Positions 18,644-27,261 of a DNA stretch of 64,000 nt are shown piece after piece; the stretch's first letter is position 1, and every line of letters starts with the position of its first letter. Position numbers and translations under genes: made by a program. The notes under the pieces were generated by a model. The model ran no database searches, had not been told where the DNA came from, and saw nothing but the letters and a program-made list of their open reading frames with translations. The DNA lies in assembly GCA_048886685.1 (NCBI GenBank), contig JBHLKM010000011.1:104855-168854 (forward strand), read 5' to 3'. Source of the DNA: Candidatus Hodarchaeota archaeon. Its GTDB lineage: Archaea > Asgardarchaeota > Lokiarchaeia > Sigyniarchaeales > SOKP01.

Positions 18644-19102
18644 ATGGCAGAAGATAATGATATTAAAATTATTGTATATGCTTGCTGGAAATGAGGGTAT
18701 GGTTCTGCGGATATGGCTGGTACGATCAGAGCGCAATATCCAGACTCAATTCGAAATGTCTTAGTACCTTGTACCGGACGTGTAGGAAGTGATTTAATCA
18801 TGAGAGCTTTTGGTAGAGGAGCTGATGGCGTTGTTATTAATGCTTGATATCCTGGAGAATGTGACTATGAAACGGGAAATTACCATGCATACCGACAAGT
18901 AGAATATATTAAAGAAATTCTAAAAGCTGTGGGTATGAGTCCAGAAAGAATTAAAATTATATATTGCACCGCAGCTGAAGGTCAGAAATTTCAAAGAGAA
19001 GCTATAGAAATCGATAAAACTATCAGCAAATTGGGACCAAGTCCTTTAAGGGCTAAAGGCACACCTAAAAAAGGAAAAGCTAAAGCGAAAGCTCAAGCTT
19101 AA
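18644..19102 (+). CDS. mvhD: MvhD/VhuD [2Fe-2S] hydrogenase delta subunit, selenoprotein with two Sec (U17, U68), 152 aa
   Basis: Manual translation: MAEDNDIKIIVYACWK-U-GYGSADMAG...VPCTGRV...GADGVVINA-U-YPGECDYETGN...PERIKIIYCTAAEG...LGPSPL. TGA at 18692-18694 and 18845-18847, TAA at 19100-19102. Missing from the ORF track. Confidence 0.93.
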
Positions 19103-19109
19103 AAATTTA

Positions 19110-19183
19110 ATGTGTTTACTGATGAGGCTGAGTTAAAAAAATGAGAACTCATGCTGAAGAAATGGGCGCACCATGCAACACAT
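19110..19183 (+). promoter_or_regulatory. Eukaryote-type SECIS element (cis-acting RNA)
   Basis: Outer stem ATGTGTT (19110-16)/AACACAT (19177-83). Core ATGA (19122-25) opposite GA (19156-57). Helix GGC-TGAGTT (19126-34)/AACTCA-t-GCT (19146-55). Apical loop begins with an A run. Confidence 0.85.
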
Positions 19184-19297
19184 AAAAAAAGATTTTAAAA
19201 TTTAGAAGGAAATAGAAACATATAATCATTTGATTTGAAAATCAGTAAAAAAAAAGAAATTATAATTATATATTTTGTATTTTAGAGTTGGAATTAC

Positions 19298-20437
19298 ATG
19301 GATACTACAGCAGAATACATAATTAAGAGTGAGGATTTTTCTAAAATCTTAGCTAGTTTGCTGAAAGAAAAAGTAGTTGATAAATTTATTGGTGCTGAAT
19401 TGAGAGTTGATAAAAAATCTGGTAATATAGATAGATTTACTGTTCAACCAAAATTAGTGGAAAAAGAAGAAGATCTTTCAGATTTTCCATTATTTCCTTT
19501 AATTGCTTTTGGATATGCAAGGACTGACTCCGCATCAAAATTTCTCCATAAATCTGTAGCAGGTGCGATGAATGAGAAAGTTGGACTTATTGCACGTCCT
19601 TGCGATACGAGGGCATTAATTGAACTTGCTAAAATTAGACAAGTAAATCTGGATAATCTATTTATTGTTGGGATCGAAGATAGAGGTATGCTTCCAAAAG
19701 CTGGTCGAGAAATGAGATCAATTAAGGATGTAGATCCAACTAAAATTGTTAAAGAAAAAGTTGGAGATAAAGGTCTCATTGTCAAATTGGATGATGGAAG
19801 CACAAAAGAACTTAATTTAACGGTTGCAGAAAACTGTTTAAGATGCTTCCGTAAGATTCCGGTTGTCGCTGATTTAACTGTAAGTGATCTCGGAATTCCC
19901 GTTGATTCAGAGGAGATAATTCTAAAAGTTTATTCAGATAAAGGAAATGAAATTCTTGAAAAGTCAGGAATTCAAAAGAAAGAACTCCCTGATAGCATCA
20001 AAACAGAGCATGAAAATACTTACAATCAAATAATAGAAAAAGCAAAAGAAAAAAGAGCAAAAGATTTAGAAGAATGGGATAAACTATCACAAGATGAAAA
20101 GATAGCAGAGTTACTTAAATGTACTCAATGTAACACCTGTATCAGGGGCTGTCCTGTTTGTTATTGTGTAGACTGTATACTTATGAAAAAGAGAAAAGAA
20201 AAAACCATAGATAAAGTAACTTATCAATTAACTCGAATAGCTCATGATGCTGATCGCTGCATTGAATGCGGAAATTGTGATAATAACTGTCCACAAAATT
20301 TACCTCTTTCACTATACTTCCAGTCTCTTAATGAAGCCTTCAAAGAAAAATTTGGATATGAAGCAGGTATATCTCTTGATGATATCCCATTTAGGTCTGC
20401 AAAAGCAATAGCAGAGATGGAATTAGGGAAGATTTAA
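19298..20437 (+). CDS. FdhB/FrhB-like (F420-interacting beta subunit) Fe-S flavoprotein
   Basis: ARPCDTRALIELAKIRQVNLDNLFIVG, ENCLRC...P..ADL, CTQCNTCIRGCPVCYCVDC, CIECGNCDNNCP. Confidence 0.82.
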   Translation: MDTTAEYIIKSEDFSKILASLLKEKVVDKFIGAELRVDKKSGNIDRFTVQPKLVEKEEDLSDFPLFPLIAFGYARTDSASKFLHKSVAGAMNEKVGLIARPCDTRALIELAKIRQVNLDNLFIVGIEDRGMLPKAGREMRSIKDVDPTKIVKEKVGDKGLIVKLDDGSTKELNLTVAENCLRCFRKIPVVADLTVSDLGIPVDSEEIILKVYSDKGNEILEKSGIQKKELPDSIKTEHENTYNQIIEKAKEKRAKDLEEWDKLSQDEKIAELLKCTQCNTCIRGCPVCYCVDCILMKKRKEKTIDKVTYQLTRIAHDADRCIECGNCDNNCPQNLPLSLYFQSLNEAFKEKFGYEAGISLDDIPFRSAKAIAEMELGKI

Positions 20438-20440
20438 ACA

Positions 20441-20470
20441 TAATTTTTTTTATAATATTTATTTTTCTTA
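20441..20470 (+). terminator. Probable oligo-T terminator ending the hdrA-mvhD-fdhB-like unit
   Basis: T-rich tracts directly after TAA 20437. Confidence 0.4.
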
Positions 20471-20596
20471 TCTTGTATGAGATTTCTAAGAGCTTATACT
20501 AAATCTGTGCAATAGAGTTGGGTTTCAATAAGATTAACTATTAATTTAAAAGATCTTTTAAACTTTTCAAGGGAAAACTTATTTATAAAGTAAGGT

Positions 20597-21835
20597 TCAA
20601 ATTTCCTCTTCTTTTTCAACTAATATATCTTTAAAACTGGTTAATTTTCTTCCACAGAATGGTGCTAGTTTATCGAAAAATTCTTCAGGTTCATATGTTT
20701 CCTCAGGTGTTAAAACACCTACTTTTTTTTTAGTTTTACCCTCAATAAGCATAATTGTACCAATCGCTAAAGGAATTCCAGTCATTCCTGCCATTTCACC
20801 GAAAGGTTGGGGTACTAATGTTACCGCGATTTTCTTTCTTTTTCCATTTTTAATACCTGTAGCTATAACACATGGAGTTGGTGGACCTCCAAGAAGTTCT
20901 TCTAATGGTGGTTGCCCTTGAAAAGCTTTCTCTTCTAATTCTTCAAATTCTTTATTTAATGAGAATGCCGCTTCTTGAATCGTAAGCTCTTTATTAATAA
21001 TTTTTTGACAATAAGAGCGAGTAACTTCTGTAGCGGTTTCTCCTAAAAACATTACACTTGCGATTGTATTAGCTTTAATTGTTCTTGGAAGTGTTACTGG
21101 TTCAGGATGTCCCAAATGACAAGCATATACCTCTTTATATCCTGGAATTTTCAATGGTTCTATTTCTGAAAGAGCTTCAATTTCTATCATTTTTCCATCT
21201 TTATAAGTTGGAATTTTTCCTATAGCCTCGTAAAGAAAATGCATGACAGCAGCAATACCCGCGCCTGATGGTGGTCCTACATCTTCCCTTAGTTTTTCTG
21301 GTTTAATATAATATTTTGGTTTTTTTCCAGCTTTTATACCGAATGCTACCCCCCATGCGGCAATAACATCATCGACCTCCTCCAACTTAGAACATGCATA
21401 TATTGCTAAGAGATTTGTAACTCCCGGACTTTCACCAATTCCAATAACTACTGGGATACCAGCAGCCTTTACTTTATCATCTAACTCAAGAATTTCTTGT
21501 GTAGCATCCCAATCATCACAGATATCAAGATAGGGTTTTTTTACCTCAATCACAGCTTCCACAATATATTTTCCAAATTTATAATATGGTCCAACTGTAC
21601 TTACTATAACATCATGTTTGCTCATTAATTCAATAAGTTTTTCTTTTTCAGTCACATCAATTTGGAAAGGGGATAATTTTTCAGAATTGATTAAATCAAC
21701 AATTCTTTTTGCTAGTTCGTAGTTTTTATCTGCTAAGGTGATTGATGTGATTTTAGGATGCTCGAGAAGTATGGCTATTGCCATTCTTCCCATATCACCA
21801 CATCCTCCTAATGCTAATATTTTCATTTTTTTCAC
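20597..21835 (-). CDS. Saccharopine dehydrogenase-like NAD(P) oxidoreductase
   Basis: LALGGCGDMG, STVGPYYKFG, YLDICDD, GIGESPGVTN, GHPEPVTLP. Confidence 0.85.
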   Translation of the reverse strand: MKKMKILALGGCGDMGRMAIAILLEHPKITSITLADKNYELAKRIVDLINSEKLSPFQIDVTEKEKLIELMSKHDVIVSTVGPYYKFGKYIVEAVIEVKKPYLDICDDWDATQEILELDDKVKAAGIPVVIGIGESPGVTNLLAIYACSKLEEVDDVIAAWGVAFGIKAGKKPKYYIKPEKLREDVGPPSGAGIAAVMHFLYEAIGKIPTYKDGKMIEIEALSEIEPLKIPGYKEVYACHLGHPEPVTLPRTIKANTIASVMFLGETATEVTRSYCQKIINKELTIQEAAFSLNKEFEELEEKAFQGQPPLEELLGGPPTPCVIATGIKNGKRKKIAVTLVPQPFGEMAGMTGIPLAIGTIMLIEGKTKKKVGVLTPEETYEPEEFFDKLAPFCGRKLTSFKDILVEKEEEI

Positions 21836-22175
21836 CTAAAATTAATATTTCTCTATAAAATTTTTAATTTATAGATTTCATAATATTTACAATTAATACT
21901 TATTTTCTTTAAAATAAAAATTTAAGTTGATTAATTTTCAAAATTCACAGAAAATTATTAGAAATAGCAGAGAGGGAATTAGAGAAAACCTAATTTTTTT
22001 TATTTCTTTTTTTAATTAATATTAATGATCTCAGAATTAAATTTTAAACCTCTTAGAGCTTCAAATATTCTATTTTAAAAATTCTTTCGAAATATACACC
22101 GCAAACTTACAAAAAGTTCCTCCTGTAATAGGTGATTCAATTGGTTTATATAACTTCAATCATTTTTCTGTTATC

Positions 22176-22838
22176 ATGTCATCACTTTTAACAAAAAATC
22201 TAATTGAGCTTGAACGCGATAAAGTTTTATATGAAGTAAAAGAACGTCTCGTTCAAGGGGAAGATCCAATGAAAATATTCGAGGAATGTAAACAAGGTAT
22301 GGAATTGATAGGCGAGAAATACAAAAAAAAAGAGTATTTTCTTGCGGAATTAATGCTTTCAGGTGATCTTTTTAGAGAAGCTATGGAACTTATTGAGCCT
22401 TATTTAGGGGAAAAAAAAACAGAGAGAGATACTAAAGGCAAAGTGCTACTTGCCACAATCCAAGGAGATATTCATGACTTAGGCAAAAATATCCTCGCTA
22501 CTCTCCTGAAAATAGAAGGTTTTGAAGTTCACGATTTAGGTGTAGATGTTAACCCCGATATCGTAGTTGAGAAAGTAAAAGAAATCCAACCCGACTTTCT
22601 TGGATTTTCAGCTCTTCTTACAATAACTTTTGAACCTATGAAAGAAGTAGTTGATAAATTGGAAAAAGCTGGACTTCGTGATAAATTAAAAATATTGGTT
22701 GGTGGAGGAATCACAACCCCCCTTGTGAAAGATTACACTGGAGCAGATTTTCAAACTATAGATGCTATGGAAGGTGTTCAATATTGTTTGGAAATAATTA
22801 AATCGAGAGTAATGATTAGATCAAGAGGAGGAATTTAA
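22176..22838 (+). CDS. Corrinoid (B12-binding) methyl-carrier protein, MtaC/MttC-like
   Basis: Cap domain GMELIGEKYKKKEYFLAELM. GDIHDLGKN (DxHxxG), DLGVDV, SALLT, LVGGG. Confidence 0.92.
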   Translation: MSSLLTKNLIELERDKVLYEVKERLVQGEDPMKIFEECKQGMELIGEKYKKKEYFLAELMLSGDLFREAMELIEPYLGEKKTERDTKGKVLLATIQGDIHDLGKNILATLLKIEGFEVHDLGVDVNPDIVVEKVKEIQPDFLGFSALLTITFEPMKEVVDKLEKAGLRDKLKILVGGGITTPLVKDYTGADFQTIDAMEGVQYCLEIIKSRVMIRSRGGI

Positions 22839-22840
22839 AA

Positions 22841-23983
22841 ATGAAAGAAGAATATATGACCCCACAAGAAAGAATGACTGCAGCAATAAATCTAGAAAAG
22901 CCAGATCGGGTACCGATTGCTCCTATAGTAGGCATGGATTTACCTGTAGCATATTATGGCTTAAGTACTGCAGAAATGCATAGAGAACCAGTTAAAGCTC
23001 TTGAAGCAATGGTTAAATTTTTTGATGAGTTTGGAGGTTGGGATGGATATTCAACGCTTCCTCTTTATAAAGGAGGATATATTTTAGCAGGACTTAAATT
23101 TAAAGCCCCAGGGCAAGAATTACCTGATGCCCCGAATTATTTTGGACAGTTTGATGAAGGAGAGTGGATGAAAGTAGAAGATTACATGACTATTGCAGAT
23201 ATTGGCTGGGGAAAATTTGTTTCAAGTGAGTATATCTATCGGATCAGTGATTGGACTCCCGAAGATGTTGAAGAAGCAAGAAAAAAATTTTTTCAACTCG
23301 CGTGGAAAGGTGGCGAAGAATGGGTAATAAAAAGAAAACTGGGATTAAGAACTGGAGCTAATCGTGTTCATCCTTTTTTCCTTCTTTCCTTAAATCGGTC
23401 ATTACTTAAATTCACACAAGATCTCTATTATAGACCTGAACTAGTCGAAGAAGCACTCGATACAATGACGGATGAACTGATAAAGAGTGTGATAGCACAA
23501 TGCAGAAGAAATGGCGGTGATTCAGTTTTTATACCTGAAGAAAGAGCAGAAGGTGCTATCTATCCCTTGAAAATTTTCGAGCGATTCTGGTGGCCATACT
23601 CAAAAAGGATAGTAGAAAATTTATATGATGAAGGAATTATAACATGGTTTCATCTTGATCAGTGTTGGGATTTAAATATTCCTTATTTTAAGGAACTACC
23701 AAGAGGTAGTTGTATAATTGACCTAGATGGACTTACGGACATATTTAGAGCTAAAGAAATCCTTAAGGATCATTTATGTATTATGAGCGATGTAAGTGCA
23801 TCTCTATTTTCTATAGGAACAACAAAACAAGTTGAAGATTATGTTAAAAAACTCATTGACAAACTTGGCGTCGATGGAGGACATATTTTAAGTTCTGGCT
23901 GCGAAGTACCTCCTACTTGTAAACCAGAAAACTTTAAAACTTTCCTAAAAGTGGGTAAAACTTATCAATTATCTGTGGAATAA
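22841..23983 (+). CDS. UroD/MtaA-family methylcobamide methyltransferase
   Basis: MTPQERM...EKPDRVP, FHLD, ILSSGCEVP...KPEN. Directly follows the corrinoid gene. Confidence 0.85.
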   Translation: MKEEYMTPQERMTAAINLEKPDRVPIAPIVGMDLPVAYYGLSTAEMHREPVKALEAMVKFFDEFGGWDGYSTLPLYKGGYILAGLKFKAPGQELPDAPNYFGQFDEGEWMKVEDYMTIADIGWGKFVSSEYIYRISDWTPEDVEEARKKFFQLAWKGGEEWVIKRKLGLRTGANRVHPFFLLSLNRSLLKFTQDLYYRPELVEEALDTMTDELIKSVIAQCRRNGGDSVFIPEERAEGAIYPLKIFERFWWPYSKRIVENLYDEGIITWFHLDQCWDLNIPYFKELPRGSCIIDLDGLTDIFRAKEILKDHLCIMSDVSASLFSIGTTKQVEDYVKKLIDKLGVDGGHILSSGCEVPPTCKPENFKTFLKVGKTYQLSVE

Positions 23984-24128
23984 TATTTTTTGATTTAAAT
24001 TCAAAGAATTAAAATAAATCTAGATTTTTTTTTAAAAAATAGTAAGGAAAAAGTGAAAGACCTGTTCCTTTATTGTTTGAAATTTATTGCTAACTTTCTA
24101 TTTGATATCAATTCTAATCTTTCTTAAT

Positions 24129-26507
24129 TTATGACCAGATTTCCTCACCATTTTGGAAACTTGCAGTATACATCTTTATTGGATCGTCTGTAATCTCAAC
24201 ATTTGGGACTTTTTTACCAGCAACGGTTGTAAATTCCGCTGGTACATAAAGAACAAAGTCCAAAGGCTTAATTTCACCTTTGGCGACATCAGAAACATAT
24301 TTGTTAGCAGCCTGAAGATCTGGTTGATGGGTTCCTGCATATTGTCCTCCATTCTGAGTTAAATCAGCGTAAAATAGAGCGTTGCTATAAAGACTTGGGA
24401 TGGCGATTGAAAATGGGAATCCTAAACCATATATCAAGTTGCCCGTTTGAACAAACTGTGCAATTTTAAGACTTGGCCATTTCCCTTTACCGTATGCAAC
24501 TCCTGGGTTGAATGGATCAGGAATGTCGATAGGCATTCTAGAAATTGCAAAAGCAATACTACAAGGAGCAACAAGTGATCTTGCCTTCATTATATCATGG
24601 TTATCTTGATTATTCTGTTTGTCTCTGTATTTATACATTGATCTCATATATTTAAAGAATCCTTCTAAAGAACTCAATCTATCTTTGCCCATTGCAGAAA
24701 CGAAGGAAGCAGCTAAATGTGTTACGAAAGTAGTTGCCCCATTTGTACCAAATTCTTCATAAGTTACTATTCCATCGTTGTTTTCATCAAAAGCCTGAAA
24801 AAATTCTTCATTTAATTTTGTACCTTCCAATTCGTCTACAATAGCTAAATAACTTAAAGCTGTACGTTGTAGATCCCAAGCAATTTTATAAGTGTCATAA
24901 AATAACGTTTTTGTTATTATATCTGAAAAAGTATCATTTTTTATCGAACCTAAGTGTCCCTTTAATGAAATAATAGGTGAGTCTGTTAAAACATCATAAC
25001 CATTAACATAATAATTCATTTGTCCTAAACCTCGCTTTTCTGCGCGTTCAAATGTGAAATCCCGAGCAAGTGGACAATCATATCCTTCGGTTGTTATAAT
25101 ACTGCTTCCATCCCTTATTGCTATTGGCACTTTTTGAGGAAAGCCATCAGCAGTTCCACCCTTCAATTTTACTTTAAGAGATTCTTCAAGCGTAACATTA
25201 GAAAACATATACCGGGCGCACAAGAGATCAATTGCAACTGGATCCAAGCCTGCAAAGACCATACCTTCTGCAGTTTTTATACCACCTCCTTGATGATCGA
25301 CATTAATTGCTTCAATGCCATCAACTATATGAAACATTAATATGTCCTGATTACTCACTGCTTTAATGATATCAATCATCGTAGCTATAATTCCACCAGT
25401 TTTCATTACGATATAATTGCCATCAACGTCTTTCTTGGGTAAGGAACTTGCTCCATCAAGTTCAGAAACCCAAACTTGGTGCGGAATATAAGATTTCATA
25501 CCAACAACAGTAGTACCGTGAGGTCCGGCGTAATCCCATTTATAATCCCCCTCACTTGCATATTGCATTGGATAAAGTCCAATACCCAAGTTTTTTATAA
25601 CGTTCGTGAACAAAGCAATGGCATGAACTTTGAATTTAGGGACATTTATTAAAACACATCCGGGATACGCTTTTATATCTTCCGGGTCGTTTGGATTACC
25701 GCCGATTATAACTTTATGAAGTGTAATCGATTTGTAATTCACTCCATCTGGTATCTCGCATTTACGTCCTTTATTTGCATCATCATAAATACGGTTTAAG
25801 TCATACACCATCAATTTATCAGAAACATGTCCCGGGGGTAAATAAATGCCATTAATACTCTCTTCATAGCCATTGAGGGGATTTTCACTCTCACCTTCTT
25901 TTAATGATTCAGAAAGATATTTACGTACAAAATAAAAACCCCACCCACCATAAAAATCATCTGATTTTCCTTCTAGAACTGCTTCTGGTGTAATCTTTTT
26001 TTCTTCGGGATTAATCCTTGAAAATCCCTCGGCTGCTGAAGTTAATGCGGTAGCGGCTTCACCAAGCGACATCTTATAATAACTTATTCCAGCTTTTTCA
26101 TGAAACCATCTCATTAAAGCAGCGATAAATCCCCATTCCGTACATGCATTGCTTCCTAAAGCAGGGCCATGGGTTACTGGATCTATACATGTAGGACCCA
26201 CTGTATTAGGTTTAAATAACAGCTTCTGACCCTTTTCTAATTTTTCATTTATCTGACGGACAAATGATGTCATCTGTTCCAAAGGTGATAAAGCATAATC
26301 CAAGTGATCATAAATATAATCAATTTTGTTTTTTATCTGATTCCAACTTTCTTGATCAGAATTATTAATGTATTTTTGGAGCAATTGACTAATACCAGCA
26401 TATGATTTACTGACATCCATCCTAACAACCCCAACTGGGGAACCAGTAGAATTATTCTCCTGTCTTCCCAAGGGGGAACTAAATCTTAACCTTTTTTGAT
26501 TATTCAT
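24129..26507 (-). CDS. DUF362-family protein with an EF-hand-like motif
   Basis: LLFKPN, ACTEW, INVPKFKVH, TNVIKNLGIG, IVDGIEA, GLDPVAID. DENNDGIVTYEE. Confidence 0.75.
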   Translation of the reverse strand: MNNQKRLRFSSPLGRQENNSTGSPVGVVRMDVSKSYAGISQLLQKYINNSDQESWNQIKNKIDYIYDHLDYALSPLEQMTSFVRQINEKLEKGQKLLFKPNTVGPTCIDPVTHGPALGSNACTEWGFIAALMRWFHEKAGISYYKMSLGEAATALTSAAEGFSRINPEEKKITPEAVLEGKSDDFYGGWGFYFVRKYLSESLKEGESENPLNGYEESINGIYLPPGHVSDKLMVYDLNRIYDDANKGRKCEIPDGVNYKSITLHKVIIGGNPNDPEDIKAYPGCVLINVPKFKVHAIALFTNVIKNLGIGLYPMQYASEGDYKWDYAGPHGTTVVGMKSYIPHQVWVSELDGASSLPKKDVDGNYIVMKTGGIIATMIDIIKAVSNQDILMFHIVDGIEAINVDHQGGGIKTAEGMVFAGLDPVAIDLLCARYMFSNVTLEESLKVKLKGGTADGFPQKVPIAIRDGSSIITTEGYDCPLARDFTFERAEKRGLGQMNYYVNGYDVLTDSPIISLKGHLGSIKNDTFSDIITKTLFYDTYKIAWDLQRTALSYLAIVDELEGTKLNEEFFQAFDENNDGIVTYEEFGTNGATTFVTHLAASFVSAMGKDRLSSLEGFFKYMRSMYKYRDKQNNQDNHDIMKARSLVAPCSIAFAISRMPIDIPDPFNPGVAYGKGKWPSLKIAQFVQTGNLIYGLGFPFSIAIPSLYSNALFYADLTQNGGQYAGTHQPDLQAANKYVSDVAKGEIKPLDFVLYVPAEFTTVAGKKVPNVEITDDPIKMYTASFQNGEEIWS

Positions 26508-26675
26508 ATAGTATTACTCTGTTTATTATTGAAATATTTACTATTTAAAATAACAATCATTCAAAATAATATAAAAATATTTAGAAATTGAGATAAAACT
26601 CCTTTTTTTAAAGCTTATTATTTTCTTATATATAATGATTTAAATAAGACATTAGATATTTTTTCGATTTGAAAG

Positions 26676-27150
26676 TTATTCAATAATCTCTGTAGCAAAC
26701 ACTTCTAAAGAGTCTTCTACTTTAGTTTTATCGATTGATAGAACAATTTTGCTAATACCCATAATTTCTACTTCCTTAACTTTTTCTTTAATGTCTTCAA
26801 GAGTCCCAATAAACAGGTTTTTTAAGTTCCTTTTGAAAATTTTTCTCTTTTTTCTTAGTCCTTCGAGTTCTGCTTGATCGTTAACGATTGCAATGGAAGT
26901 AAAAAGGGAAATTTCAAAGTTGGAGGGATCAAGATTGAATTTCTTTAGAGTTTCTTTAATAATAGTGATTTTATTTTCAATTTGTTCGATATTTCCCTGA
27001 GGTATATTAATACCATCAGCTTCTCTACAGGCTATCTCCGTCATTCTGTTTCCTGATGTTCCTAAAACTATCTGAGGATATGGTTTTTGAATAGGTTTAG
27101 GAAAATTCCTATTCCTTTCTAATTTCTAGAATTTACACTCAAAATTTCCA
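26676..27150 (-). pseudogene. 5'-truncated LLM-class (F420/flavin-dependent) oxidoreductase
   Basis: The frame upstream of the tracked ORF reads FECKF*KLERNRNFPKPIQKPYPQIVLGTSGNRMTEIACREADGIN, with TAG at 27126-27128. The N-terminal half is absent. Confidence 0.72.
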
Positions 27151-27261
27151 ATAAAAATTTTAATTTTACGGATAAAAATTCTCTGAAGTTTAGGACATAA
27201 AACTTATATTCGGATAATGCTTTAAAAAAATAATTTAATTTACCATTTTAAAGAAATATTA

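Noticed and set aside
18610-18801. Tracked 63-aa minus-strand ORF
   Set aside because: Antisense shadow of the Sec-containing mvhD.
16645-19102. hdrA/mvhD as pseudogenes, or genome-wide TGA reassignment
   Set aside because: All four interruptions are TGA at conserved Cys sites with no frameshifts, and a SECIS follows. TGA is a normal stop elsewhere (e.g. 11217, 15642, 39715, 48613).
27126-27128. In-frame TAG as possible pyrrolysine
   Set aside because: It lies in a 5'-truncated LLM remnant with no start. It is better explained as a nonsense mutation, and no pyl genes are seen.
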